32,000 nucleotides of DNA, from NCBI RefSeq assembly GCF_001457615.1, contig NZ_LN831024.1:5730001-5762000 (forward strand). Direction: 5' to 3'. This stretch comes from Pseudomonas aeruginosa (GTDB lineage: Bacteria > Pseudomonadota > Gammaproteobacteria > Pseudomonadales > Pseudomonadaceae). Made by a program: the position numbers and the translations under genes. Shown piece after piece: positions 1 through 8,600 of the stretch; positions within the stretch are counted from its first letter, which is position 1, and each line of letters starts with the position of its first letter. The notes under the pieces were generated by a model. It was not told the origin of the DNA and did no database searches. It saw only the letters and a list, made by a program, of their open reading frames with translations.

Positions 1-2003
1 ACGAGATTCTCGAGCTCTACGTCAACAAGATCTACCTGGGCAACCGTGCCTATGGCATCGAGGCTGCCGCACAGGTCTATTACGGCAAGCCGATCAAAGA
101 CTTGAGCCTGGCCGAGATGGCGATGATCGCCGGCCTGCCGAAAGCGCCCTCGCGCTACAACCCGCTGGTCAACCCGACCCGCAGCACGGAACGGCGCAAC
201 TGGATCCTCGAGCGCATGCTCAAGCTCGGCTTCATCGACCAGCAACGCTACCAGGCCGCCGTCGATGAGCCGATCAACGCCTCCTACCACGTGCAGACCC
301 CCGAACTGAATGCGCCCTACATCGCCGAGATGGCCCGTGCCGAGATGGTCGGCCGCTACGGCAGCGAGGCCTATACCGAGGGCTACAAGGTCATCACCAC
401 GGTCCGCAGCGACCTGCAGAACGCCGCCAGCCAATCGGTCCGCGACGGCCTCATCGACTATGACCAGCGCCACGGCTACCGCGGCCCGGAGACCCGCCTG
501 CCGGGCCAGACCCGCGACGCCTGGCTCAAGCACCTGGGCCAGCAGCGCAGCATCGGCGGCCTGGAGCCGGCGATCGTCACCCAGGTGGAAAAGAGCGGGA
601 TCATGGTGATGACCCGCGACGGCAAGGAAGAAGCCGTGACCTGGGACAGCATGAAATGGGCACGCCCCTTCCTCAGCAACAACAGCATGGGCCCGATGCC
701 GCGCCAGCCCGCCGACGTGGCCCAGGCCGGCGACCAGATCCGCGTGCAGCGCCAGGAAGACGGCACCCTGCGCTTCGTACAGATTCCCGCCGCACAGAGC
801 GCGCTGATCTCCCTCGACCCGAAGGACGGGGCGATCCGCTCGCTGGTCGGCGGCTTCTCCTTCGAGCAGAGCAACTACAACCGCGCGATCCAGGCCAAGC
901 GCCAGCCGGGCTCCAGTTTCAAGCCGTTCATCTACAGCGCGGCCCTGGACAACGGCTTCACCGCCGCCAGCCTGGTCAACGATGCGCCGATCGTGTTCGT
1001 CGACGAGTACCTGGACAAGGTCTGGCGACCGAAGAACGACACCAATACCTTCCTCGGCCCGATCCCGCTGCGCGAAGCCCTGTACAAGTCCCGCAACATG
1101 GTCTCGATCCGCGTCCTGCAGGGCCTGGGCATCGAGCGGGCGATCAGCTACATCACCAAGTTCGGCTTCCAGCGCGACGAACTGCCGCGCAACTTCTCCC
1201 TGGCCCTGGGTACCGCGACAGTCACACCGATGGAAATCGCCGGCGCCTGGAGCGTATTCGCCAACGGCGGCTACAAGGTCAATCCGTACGTCATCGAACG
1301 CATCGAGAGCCGCGACGGACAGGTGCTGTACCAGGCCAATCCGCCCCGCGTGCCGGTGGAAGAACAGGTCGCTGCGCCGGATGCGGAAGACGCCGGGAAT
1401 CCTGGTGACCCCGAGCATCCGGAGAGCGCCGAAGGCGAAGGTTCGATCGAAGCCCAGCAAGTCGCCGCCAAGGCCCAGACCACCTTCGAGCCGACCCCGG
1501 CCGAGCGGATCATCGATGCCCGTACCGCCTATATCATGACCAGCATGCTGCAGGACGTGATCAAGCGCGGTACCGGGCGTCGCGCCCTGGCGCTGAAGCG
1601 CACCGACCTGGCCGGCAAGACCGGCACCACCAACGATTCCAAGGATGGCTGGTTCTCCGGCTACAACTCCGACTACGTGACCAGCGTCTGGGTCGGCTTC
1701 GACCAGCCGGAGACCCTGGGTCGCCGCGAGTACGGCGGTACCGTCGCGCTGCCGATCTGGATCAGGTACATGGGCTTCGCCCTCAAGGACAAGCCGATGC
1801 ACACCATGGCCGAGCCGCCAGGCATCGTCAGCCTGCGCATCGACCCGGTGACCGGCCGTTCGGCCGCGCCGGGCACTCCCGGCGCCTATTTCGAGATGTT
1901 CAAGAACGAGGATACCCCGCCCTCGGTCAATGAACTGCCGCCAGGCAGCTTCCCTGGCAGCCCGCTGCCGGATGACGAAGGCGCGCCGATCGACCTGTTC
2001 TGA
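1..2003 (+). CDS. ponA: Penicillin-binding protein 1A (class A PBP, transglycosylase + transpeptidase); 5' end lies outside the window
   Basis: The frame is open from the window edge (first full codon at 3: EILELYVNKIYLGNRAYGIEAAAQVYYGK, the end of the glycosyltransferase domain). Transpeptidase motifs are present: SSFKP (SxxK), KSRN and KTGTT. Stop TGA at 2001..2003, followed by a strong terminator. Confidence 0.95.
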   Translation, partial: EILELYVNKIYLGNRAYGIEAAAQVYYGKPIKDLSLAEMAMIAGLPKAPSRYNPLVNPTRSTERRNWILERMLKLGFIDQQRYQAAVDEPINASYHVQTPELNAPYIAEMARAEMVGRYGSEAYTEGYKVITTVRSDLQNAASQSVRDGLIDYDQRHGYRGPETRLPGQTRDAWLKHLGQQRSIGGLEPAIVTQVEKSGIMVMTRDGKEEAVTWDSMKWARPFLSNNSMGPMPRQPADVAQAGDQIRVQRQEDGTLRFVQIPAAQSALISLDPKDGAIRSLVGGFSFEQSNYNRAIQAKRQPGSSFKPFIYSAALDNGFTAASLVNDAPIVFVDEYLDKVWRPKNDTNTFLGPIPLREALYKSRNMVSIRVLQGLGIERAISYITKFGFQRDELPRNFSLALGTATVTPMEIAGAWSVFANGGYKVNPYVIERIESRDGQVLYQANPPRVPVEEQVAAPDAEDAGNPGDPEHPESAEGEGSIEAQQVAAKAQTTFEPTPAERIIDARTAYIMTSMLQDVIKRGTGRRALALKRTDLAGKTGTTNDSKDGWFSGYNSDYVTSVWVGFDQPETLGRREYGGTVALPIWIRYMGFALKDKPMHTMAEPPGIVSLRIDPVTGRSAAPGTPGAYFEMFKNEDTPPSVNELPPGSFPGSPLPDDEGAPIDLF

Positions 2004-2055
2004 ACCGGCCGGCGCCTGCGGTTCGTTGGCGACGACGGGAGCGCGAGGCGCAGGC

Positions 2056-2089
2056 AAAAAGAAACCCCGCCAAGGCGGGGTTTCTTTTT
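2056..2089. terminator. Bidirectional rho-independent terminator between convergent ponA and the malic enzyme gene
   Basis: Perfect 16-bp inverted repeat AAAAAGAAACCCCGCC / GGCGGGGTTTCTTTTT around a 2-nt centre. This gives a GC-rich stem flanked by an A-run and a T-run, so a U-tract is available on both strands. Confidence 0.85.
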
Positions 2090-2107
2090 ATCCGGCGGAT
2101 CGATCGA

Positions 2108-3376
2108 TCAGCCGTTGAAGACGTCGTCCACCGATTTCAGCGGATAGTTCTTCGGATACGGCAGGGTAGCCACGCCGGTCTCGATGGCAGCCTTGGCCAC
2201 GGCATCGGAGACCACGGTGATCAGGCGCTTGTCCATCGGCTTCGGAATGATGTACTCGCGGCCGAATTCCAGCTTGTCCACGCCATAGGCGGCGCAGACG
2301 TCTTCCGGGACCGGCTGCTTGGCCAGGTCGCGCAGGGCCAGGGCGGCGGCGATCTTCATCTCTTCGTTGATGCGCGTGGCACGTACGTCCAGGGCACCAC
2401 GGAAGATGAAGGGGAAACCGAGCACGTTGTTGACCTGATTCGGATAGTCGGAACGACCGGTAGCCATGATCACGTCGTTACGGGTGGCATGGGCCAGTTC
2501 CGGCTTGATCTCCGGGTCCGGGTTCGAGCAGGCGAACACGATCGGGTTCGGCGCCATGCGCTTGAGGTCTTCCGGCTCCAGCAGGTTGGCGCCGGACAGG
2601 CCGACGAACACGTCGGCGCCCTCCAGGGCGTCGGCCAGGGTGCGCTTGTCGGTCTCGGTGGCGAACACCGACTTGTACTGGTTCAGGTCGTCGCGACCGG
2701 CGTGGATCACGCCCTTGCGGTCGATCATGTAGATGTTCTCGACCTTGGCGCCCATGCTCACCAGCAGCTTCATGCAGGAGATGGCGGCAGCGCCGGCGCC
2801 GAGGCAGACGACCTTCGCTTCTTCCAGCTTCTTGCCGGCCAGTTCCAGCGCGTTGAGCATGCCCGCCGCGGTAACGATGGCGGTGCCGTGCTGGTCATCG
2901 TGGAACACCGGGATGTCGCACTGTTCGATCAGCGCGCGCTCGATCTCGAAACACTCGGGAGCCTTGATGTCCTCGAGGTTGATACCGCCGAAGGTGATGG
3001 AAATACGCTTGACGGTATCGATGAAAGCCTGCGGGCTCTCGGCGTCGACCTCGATGTCGAACACGTCGATGCCGGCGAAGCGCTTGAACAGCACACCCTT
3101 GCCTTCCATCACCGGCTTGGAGGCCAGCGGGCCGAGGTTACCCAGGCCGAGAATCGCGGTGCCGTCGGAAATCACTGCCACCAGGTTGCCCTTGCCGGTG
3201 TACTGGTAGGCCAGCTCGGCATCGCGGGCGATTTCACGCACCGGCTCGGCGACACCCGGGCTGTAGGCCAGGGACAGGTCCCGGGCGGTAGCGGTGGGTT
3301 TGGTCAGCTCGACACTCAGTTTTCCCGGACGGGGTTGTGCGTGATATTCGAGGGCAGCGGTTTTAAGATCGGACAT
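2108..3376 (-). CDS. NAD(P)-dependent malic enzyme (short form, no PTA domain)
   Basis: 422-aa ORF with a typical malic-enzyme N-terminus (LSLAYSPGVAEPV) and Rossmann motif (CLGAGAAAISC). GGAAG RBS upstream of the ATG at 3376. Confidence 0.93.
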   Translation of the reverse strand: MSDLKTAALEYHAQPRPGKLSVELTKPTATARDLSLAYSPGVAEPVREIARDAELAYQYTGKGNLVAVISDGTAILGLGNLGPLASKPVMEGKGVLFKRFAGIDVFDIEVDAESPQAFIDTVKRISITFGGINLEDIKAPECFEIERALIEQCDIPVFHDDQHGTAIVTAAGMLNALELAGKKLEEAKVVCLGAGAAAISCMKLLVSMGAKVENIYMIDRKGVIHAGRDDLNQYKSVFATETDKRTLADALEGADVFVGLSGANLLEPEDLKRMAPNPIVFACSNPDPEIKPELAHATRNDVIMATGRSDYPNQVNNVLGFPFIFRGALDVRATRINEEMKIAAALALRDLAKQPVPEDVCAAYGVDKLEFGREYIIPKPMDKRLITVVSDAVAKAAIETGVATLPYPKNYPLKSVDDVFNG

Positions 3377-3478
3377 TTGGGCACTTCCGCTTTATTGCTT
3401 GTTGGACAGACGGGGCGACCGAGCATACGCAAGAAGACGACGCCCCACAAGATCGTCAGGACCCGGCTGTCAAGACCT

Positions 3479-3610
3479 CTAGCGTACGACTTTAAGCCAA
3501 TCGCCCGGACGGGGTTCACCGCTCGGATAAAGGTCATTCAGCAGACGCAGACGAGCCACGGAGTCACTCAATGACCCCTCGCCGCCAGCCGCCAATTGCT
3601 CCAGCGTCTG
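3479..3610 (-). pseudogene. Out-of-frame C-terminal half of a LysM domain belonging to the upstream M48 peptidase gene (apparent 1-nt frameshift)
   Basis: Minus-strand codons 3610..3482 read QTLEQLAAGGEGSLSDSVARLRLLNDLYPSGEPRPGDWLKVVR, with TAG at 3481..3479. This continues the LysM-like start HLVQVKAG that ends the peptidase frame at 3612..3610. The two halves are offset by one base. Confidence 0.6.
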
Positions 3611-4917
3611 CCCGCCTTGACCTGCACCAGGTGCAGGCGTCGCGGCTGCGCCAGGGCCCGCTCCTTGTCGCGCAGCGGACGGAAGCTGCGGATCACGCTG
3701 AGGAAGCGGTCGTCCTGGGTCTCCAGGGAACCGACCTTGACCACGCCGACGAACAGGTAGGCGCGGTCGCCCTGGTAGATCACAGCAACCCGTCGCGCCG
3801 GGTTGCCTGGCACCACCGCCGTGTAGCCGTTCAGTCCTGCCTGCTTCAGCGACTCTTCCTGGGCCAGCCGTTGCCCGGCGTTCTTGCGCAGGAACTCCGC
3901 GGGCGTCAGGCGGGAATCATGGGGCACCAGCTTCATGCCGATGAACGACTGCTCGTCCGCCGGATAGCCAAGCAGGGCACTGGGCTGGTTGAGGATCTTC
4001 CAGCCCGCCGGATAGCTCAGGGTGAAGTCCAGCTCGGCATGGTAGAAGTTCTGCCCGCGACGCACCCCGGCCGATGCCGAGTCGCCGAACGGCATGCCTT
4101 CCAGATGGCGAAGAAAGACCTCGCGCCCCACTTCCTGCTGTCCGTTGGCCAGTTGCCGGGCCGGGCCGACCACTTCCTGCAGACGCCGGTCGTTGTCCGG
4201 ATGGGTATCGAACAACCCGTGGTAGCCGCCGGCCTGTACCGCCTGGCCATTGCGCGCAGCCTCTTCGCGAGCGAAGTCCTCCTGGTTCTTCAGCACCCGC
4301 ACCACCTGGATCATCGCCGTCGGATCGTAGCCGGCGCGGGCCAGGTACTGAGCGCCGAGACCATCGGCTTCCAGTTCCATGTCACGCCCGTAGCCGCGGA
4401 CGAAGGCCGTGCCGAGCACGTTGGCCAGGTCGCCGGCGGCACCGACCCCGGTGCCGATCGCCACCGCCTGGCCAAGGATGTTCCAGGCGCTGGCCTGGCT
4501 CTGCTGGCGCACGCTGTGGCGCGCCGTGACGTGGCCGACCTCATGACCGAGCACCGCGGCCAGTTCGGCCTCGGAGCCAAGGTAGGCGATCAGTCCGCGA
4601 TGGATATAGATGTAGCCGCCCGGCAGGGCGAAGGCGTTGATGTCCGGCGAATCGATGACGGTGAAATGATATTGCAGATTGCTGCGGTGGCTGCTGCGGG
4701 CGACCCGCTCGCCTACCCGTTGCACGTAGGCCTGGAGCTTTTCATCGTTGTAGCGGGGGAACTGCTTGAGGATTTCCTGGTTGTAGCGAGCGCCCATGCC
4801 GAGTTCCTGCTGCTCGCTCATCATCACGAAATCGCTCTTGCCGGTGGCCGGGTTCACCGCGCAGCCGCCCAGCGCGCCGACTCCCAGCAACAGCAGCAGG
4901 AGCCAGGCGGTCTTCAT
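3568..4917 (-). CDS. M48-family zinc metallopeptidase, predicted lipoprotein (as encoded here it is truncated inside a C-terminal LysM domain)
   Basis: HEVGHVTARH (HExxH) and the downstream ELEAD motif are present. The start chosen is MKTAWLLLLLLGVGALGGC, which carries a lipobox (LGGC). This ATG (4917..4915) overlaps the stop of the upstream nuclease gene as ATGA. The 100-codon upstream extension in the track is Arg/Gly-rich shadow sequence. Confidence 0.85.
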   Translation of the reverse strand: MKTAWLLLLLLGVGALGGCAVNPATGKSDFVMMSEQQELGMGARYNQEILKQFPRYNDEKLQAYVQRVGERVARSSHRSNLQYHFTVIDSPDINAFALPGGYIYIHRGLIAYLGSEAELAAVLGHEVGHVTARHSVRQQSQASAWNILGQAVAIGTGVGAAGDLANVLGTAFVRGYGRDMELEADGLGAQYLARAGYDPTAMIQVVRVLKNQEDFAREEAARNGQAVQAGGYHGLFDTHPDNDRRLQEVVGPARQLANGQQEVGREVFLRHLEGMPFGDSASAGVRRGQNFYHAELDFTLSYPAGWKILNQPSALLGYPADEQSFIGMKLVPHDSRLTPAEFLRKNAGQRLAQEESLKQAGLNGYTAVVPGNPARRVAVIYQGDRAYLFVGVVKVGSLETQDDRFLSVIRSFRPLRDKERALAQPRRLHLVQVKAGRRWSNWRLAARGH

Positions 4918-5717
4918 GGCAACCATTCCAGCATCGCCGGATCGGTCACCGACATCTGCCAGCGCGCCTTGCCGGCCGGCACAGCGCCACGGCGGGAACG
5001 ATCGACCACCCAGCCACGCACTTCCAGCGAACGTCCCGCCATCTGCATCACCCGTTTCGCATCGAACGCCTTGAGCACCTTCGGCTCGATCCGCAGGACC
5101 AGCGGACCGTCCATCTCCAGCCAGATACCGCCCCGGTTGCGTTCGACCTCGAGCACCCGCCCGCGGACCACGGCGAAGCCGCTCTGCGCCAGTCGATCGA
5201 GCGAAAGCACCGGCGAACGCTTCCATACACCCAGATTAGCCGAACGCGCTGCACGTTCCGCCGCTTGCTGACAGGCCGTCAGCTCGGTGTTCGGCGCGAC
5301 CGCCACCAGGTAGCCCAGGCCCTCGCCGAGCAGGCGCGCCTCGAGGTTGGCGCCGCTGGCATCGAACAGGTGCGCCAGGGTCCGCCCGTAGTGATCGCGG
5401 GCCTGGCGGCCCGGCTGCAGGGCGAGACGCCCGTCGCTGGCCGATACCAGCGCCTGCAGTCGCTGCTTCGCGGCTTCGGCGAAGGGCTCGGTGGTGCGAC
5501 CGTTGTGCGCCAGCTCAGGCGCGTTGATACCGATCAGCCGCACGCTGCGGCCATCGCGCAGGCGCACGGTATCGCCGTCCACCACCCGCGCCACCTCGAC
5601 GTTCTGCAAGGCGCCGGTAGGCCGGCAGGCCTCCGCCGCACCGGCGAAGGCGGAAACCACGGACATGAAAAAGGCGCCCACCAGGGACGCCTTTCTCGGT
5701 ACAGCGACAAGTAGCAT
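4914..5717 (-). CDS. Secreted staphylococcal-nuclease (SNase/thermonuclease) family protein with an extra C-terminal domain
   Basis: SNase core motifs are present: VVDGDTVRL, RLIGINAPEL and RDHYGRTLAHL. The start at 5717 gives a signal-peptide-like N-terminus (MLLVAVPRKASLVGAFFMSVVSAFAGAAEA). The longer track ORF would overlap rpmE. Confidence 0.8.
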   Translation of the reverse strand: MLLVAVPRKASLVGAFFMSVVSAFAGAAEACRPTGALQNVEVARVVDGDTVRLRDGRSVRLIGINAPELAHNGRTTEPFAEAAKQRLQALVSASDGRLALQPGRQARDHYGRTLAHLFDASGANLEARLLGEGLGYLVAVAPNTELTACQQAAERAARSANLGVWKRSPVLSLDRLAQSGFAVVRGRVLEVERNRGGIWLEMDGPLVLRIEPKVLKAFDAKRVMQMAGRSLEVRGWVVDRSRRGAVPAGKARWQMSVTDPAMLEWLP

Positions 5718-5740
5718 TGCGCGCGTTCGCGGCAAGCGGC

Positions 5741-5956
5741 TTACTTGGTGGCGCCGAATACGCCGAAACGCTGCTTGAAGCGGTCGATACGGCCGCCGGT
5801 GTCCAGCACCTTCTGCTTGCCGGTGTAGAACGGGTGGCATTCGGAGCACACGTCCAGGTGGATCGGCTTGCACAGGGTGGAACGGGTCTTGATGACGTTA
5901 CCGCAGCTGCAGGTAGCTTCGATAGCTTCGTAAGTCGGATGGATGTCCGCTTTCAT
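5741..5956 (-). CDS. rpmE: 50S ribosomal protein L31 (zinc-ribbon type)
   Basis: 71 aa: [20 protein letters not shown]...[13 protein letters not shown]. Cys pairs C16/C18 and C37/C40 are present. Confidence 0.97.
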   Translation of the reverse strand: MKADIHPTYEAIEATCSCGNVIKTRSTLCKPIHLDVCSECHPFYTGKQKVLDTGGRIDRFKQRFGVFGATK

Positions 5957-6029
5957 GATTCAATCCTCGAGGCGTTGTGTGCCGCCACCCAGCGCGTTTA
6001 CCAGGCACCGCACGTAATTAAGGGCGTGG

Positions 6030-6057
6030 ATCATACCAGACCGATTCATCTATGCAA
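6030..6057 (-). promoter_or_regulatory. Candidate sigma-70 promoter for rpmE
   Basis: On the minus strand: TTGCAT (6057..6052), 16-nt spacer, TATGAT (6035..6030). It lies about 70 nt upstream of the rpmE ATG. Pattern match only. Confidence 0.45.
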
Positions 6058-6131
6058 GCGACCCCGCCCGCCGGTCGTCTGCTAACATCGCCGGCCCAGT
6101 CCTCGTTTCCTTCATCCCCGGAAGCCGCTGA

Positions 6132-8351
6132 GTGTCAGACCTGATCCTACGCCTAGCCCTGCCTTCGCCACTCCGCCGCCTGTTCGACTACCGCGCGCCC
6201 CGCGGCATTCCGCGCAGCGCCCTACAGCCGGGGATTCGCCTGCTGCTGCCGTTCGGGCGCCGGGAGCTGGTTGGCGTTCTGATAGAGGTGACGGACCGTT
6301 CCGAAGTACCCGAAGACAAGCTCAAGCCTGCCCTCAGGGTACTCGACGCCAAGCCGCCGATGCCGGCGCACCTGCTCGAACTCTGTCGCTGGACCGCCCA
6401 GTACTACCAGCACAGCCTCGGCGACACCCTGTCCTGGGCGCTGCCCAACCTGTTGCGCCAGGGCGAGCCGGCCGAGGCGCGCCAGCAGCGCTTCTGGCAT
6501 GCCACCGCGCAATCCAGCCTCGACGATCCGCGCCTGGCCCGGGCGCCGCGCCAGCGCCAGGCCCTGGCGATTCTCAAGCAGCATCCGCACGGGGTGTCCC
6601 ATGAGTTGCTGAACCAGTTGCAGATAAACAAGGACAGCCTCGACCTGCTCAAGGAAAAAGGCTTGGTCGAACTGGAGGTGCGGCGCCACAGCACCCCGCC
6701 GCGCGAAGGCGGCTGGCTGGCCCAGGCGGAGTTGCCGCTGAACCCCGAGCAGCGCGCCGCCTTCGAGGCGGTTCGCGCCAGCCACGGCGGTTTCCATTGC
6801 TTCCTGCTGGCCGGGGTCACCGGCAGCGGCAAGACCGAGGTCTACCTGCAACTGATCCGCGAAACCCTGGCCGCAGGCCGCCAGGCCTTGGTGCTGATTC
6901 CCGAGATCAACCTGGGGCCGCAGACCCTGGCGCGTTTCGAACGCCGCTTCAACGCGCGCATCGCCCTGCTGCATTCGGCCCTGACCGACCGCGAGCGCCT
7001 CGACGCCTGGCTCGCCGCCCGGGATGGCGAGGCCGACATCGTCATCGGCACCCGCTCGGCACTGTTCACGCCGCTGAAGCGGCCGGGACTGATCATCGTC
7101 GACGAGGAACACGACGCCTCCTATAAACAGCAGGACGGACTGCGCTACCACGCCCGCGACCTGGCACTGGTACGCGCACGCCTGGAGAACGTGCCGATCC
7201 TGCTCGGTTCGGCCACGCCCGCCCTGGAAAGCCTGCACAACGCCCAGGCCGGCCGCTACGGCCTGCTGCGCCTGACCCAGCGCGCCGGTGGCGCGCACCC
7301 GCCGAAATTCATCCGCCTCGACGTGAAGAGCATGCCGCTCGACGCCGGCCTTTCCCGCCCGCTGCAACAGGCCATCGGCGATACCCTGGCGGCCGGCCAG
7401 CAGGTCCTGGTGTTCCTCAACCGCCGCGGCTTCGCTCCGACCCTGCTTTGCCACGACTGCGGCTGGATCAGCCAATGCCCGCGCTGCGACGCGCGGATGA
7501 CCGTGCACCAGGGCAGCGGCGAGTTGCGCTGCCACCACTGCGACCACCGCCAGCGGCCGCCGATGAACTGCCCGCAGTGCGGCAAGCTCGACCTGCGTCC
7601 GGTAGGCGCCGGCACCGAGCGCGCCGAGGAACGCCTGCGGATTCTCTTCCCGAACCATCCGGTGCTGCGCATCGACCGCGACAGCACCTCGCGCAAGCAC
7701 GCCATGCGCGACCTCTTCGCCACCATCAACAGCGGTGAGCCATGCATCCTGGTCGGCACCCAGATGCTCGCCAAGGGGCACCACTTCCCACGGGTCACCC
7801 TGGTGGCGATCCTCGATGCCGATGGCGGCCTGTTTTCCGCCGACTTCCGCGCCAGCGAACGCATGGCCCAGCAGATCGTCCAGGTCGCCGGCCGCGCAGG
7901 ACGCGCCGAGGAGCCCGGACGGGTACTGATCCAGACCCACCTGGCCGATCACCCGCTGCTGGTCCAGCTCACCGAGGACGGCTACTTCGCCTTTGCCGAA
8001 CAGGCCCTCAGCGAACGCCGCGCCGCCGGCCTGCCGCCCTTCGCCCACCTCGCCCTGCTGCGCGCCGAAGCGCACAAGCCGGGCCAGGCGGAAGCCTTCC
8101 TCGACAGCGCCTGCAGTGCCGCCGAGCAATTGCTCGAGCAGATGGGCGGACCGGAGGTGGAACTGCTCGGGCCGGTGCCCGCGCCCATGGAGCGGCGTGC
8201 CGGCAAGCACCGCGCGCAACTGCTGCTGCAGTGCATGAGCCGGGCGCCGCTGCATCGCCTGCTGACGCCCTGGCTGCAGAGCCTCGAACAGTTGCCCGGC
8301 GGGCGCCAGGTGCGCTGGTCGCTCGATATCGATCCGATCGACCTGTTCTGA
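6132..8351 (+). CDS. priA: Primosomal replication-restart helicase PriA
   Basis: 739 aa with a GTG start. Walker A GVTGSGKTEVY and DEEH box IIVDEEHD are present. Cys-rich zinc-binding insert: CHDCGWISQCPRCDARMTVHQGSGELRCHHCDHRQRPPMNCPQCG. Confidence 0.95.
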   Translation: MSDLILRLALPSPLRRLFDYRAPRGIPRSALQPGIRLLLPFGRRELVGVLIEVTDRSEVPEDKLKPALRVLDAKPPMPAHLLELCRWTAQYYQHSLGDTLSWALPNLLRQGEPAEARQQRFWHATAQSSLDDPRLARAPRQRQALAILKQHPHGVSHELLNQLQINKDSLDLLKEKGLVELEVRRHSTPPREGGWLAQAELPLNPEQRAAFEAVRASHGGFHCFLLAGVTGSGKTEVYLQLIRETLAAGRQALVLIPEINLGPQTLARFERRFNARIALLHSALTDRERLDAWLAARDGEADIVIGTRSALFTPLKRPGLIIVDEEHDASYKQQDGLRYHARDLALVRARLENVPILLGSATPALESLHNAQAGRYGLLRLTQRAGGAHPPKFIRLDVKSMPLDAGLSRPLQQAIGDTLAAGQQVLVFLNRRGFAPTLLCHDCGWISQCPRCDARMTVHQGSGELRCHHCDHRQRPPMNCPQCGKLDLRPVGAGTERAEERLRILFPNHPVLRIDRDSTSRKHAMRDLFATINSGEPCILVGTQMLAKGHHFPRVTLVAILDADGGLFSADFRASERMAQQIVQVAGRAGRAEEPGRVLIQTHLADHPLLVQLTEDGYFAFAEQALSERRAAGLPPFAHLALLRAEAHKPGQAEAFLDSACSAAEQLLEQMGGPEVELLGPVPAPMERRAGKHRAQLLLQCMSRAPLHRLLTPWLQSLEQLPGGRQVRWSLDIDPIDLF

Positions 8352-8438
8352 GCGCCTTCCAGGAAGACGCCCCGCTTGACTGGGGTCAGCCGGAATCCGC
8401 GATGTCCGGCGCAAACTGTCGGCTAATCGCCGCAACGG

Positions 8439-8467
8439 TTGGCAACGCCTGTCCGCCCACGGATAAT
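8439..8467 (+). promoter_or_regulatory. Candidate sigma-70 promoter for argS
   Basis: TTGGCA (8439..8444), 17-nt spacer, GATAAT (8462..8467). This would give a leader of about 125 nt before the argS ATG. Pattern match only. Confidence 0.4.
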
Positions 8468-8600
8468 GCGCGGTTCTGAGCCTCGACCGGCCACCCCGCG
8501 CACATCGCGGGGAGTGAACTTCGGAGCGCCGCATCCGCCGGCCCTTCCCCTGCCCGACCGTCGCGCGCCGCCCCTCTGCCCGCGAGCACGGAGAAAAACG

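Noticed and set aside
3412-3473. A perfect -35 hexamer TTGACA (minus strand, 3473..3468) and a GGGGCG...CGCCCC stem (3412..3446) upstream of the malic enzyme gene.
   Set aside because: No acceptable -10 is found at 16-18 nt spacing (TTGTGG). The stem has only 6 bp with a 23-nt loop. This is too weak to call as a promoter or leader structure.
8439-8600. Upstream in-frame extensions of many track ORFs: argS from 8439, hslV from 11129, DUF971 from 13048, phaC2 from 16957, phaD from 18617, phaF from 20354 and phaI from 21285. Also the 91-aa gene from 21263, ubiE from 21075, ubiJ frame from 21470, rsmE from 26565, MCP from 27550, UPF0158 from 29558, M48 from 5226 and nuclease from 5873.
   Set aside because: The extensions lack RBSs, overlap neighbouring genes or are Pro/Arg/Gly-rich and non-protein-like. 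The internal starts have well-spaced RBSs and match known N-termini, signal peptides or the catalytic Thr of HslV.
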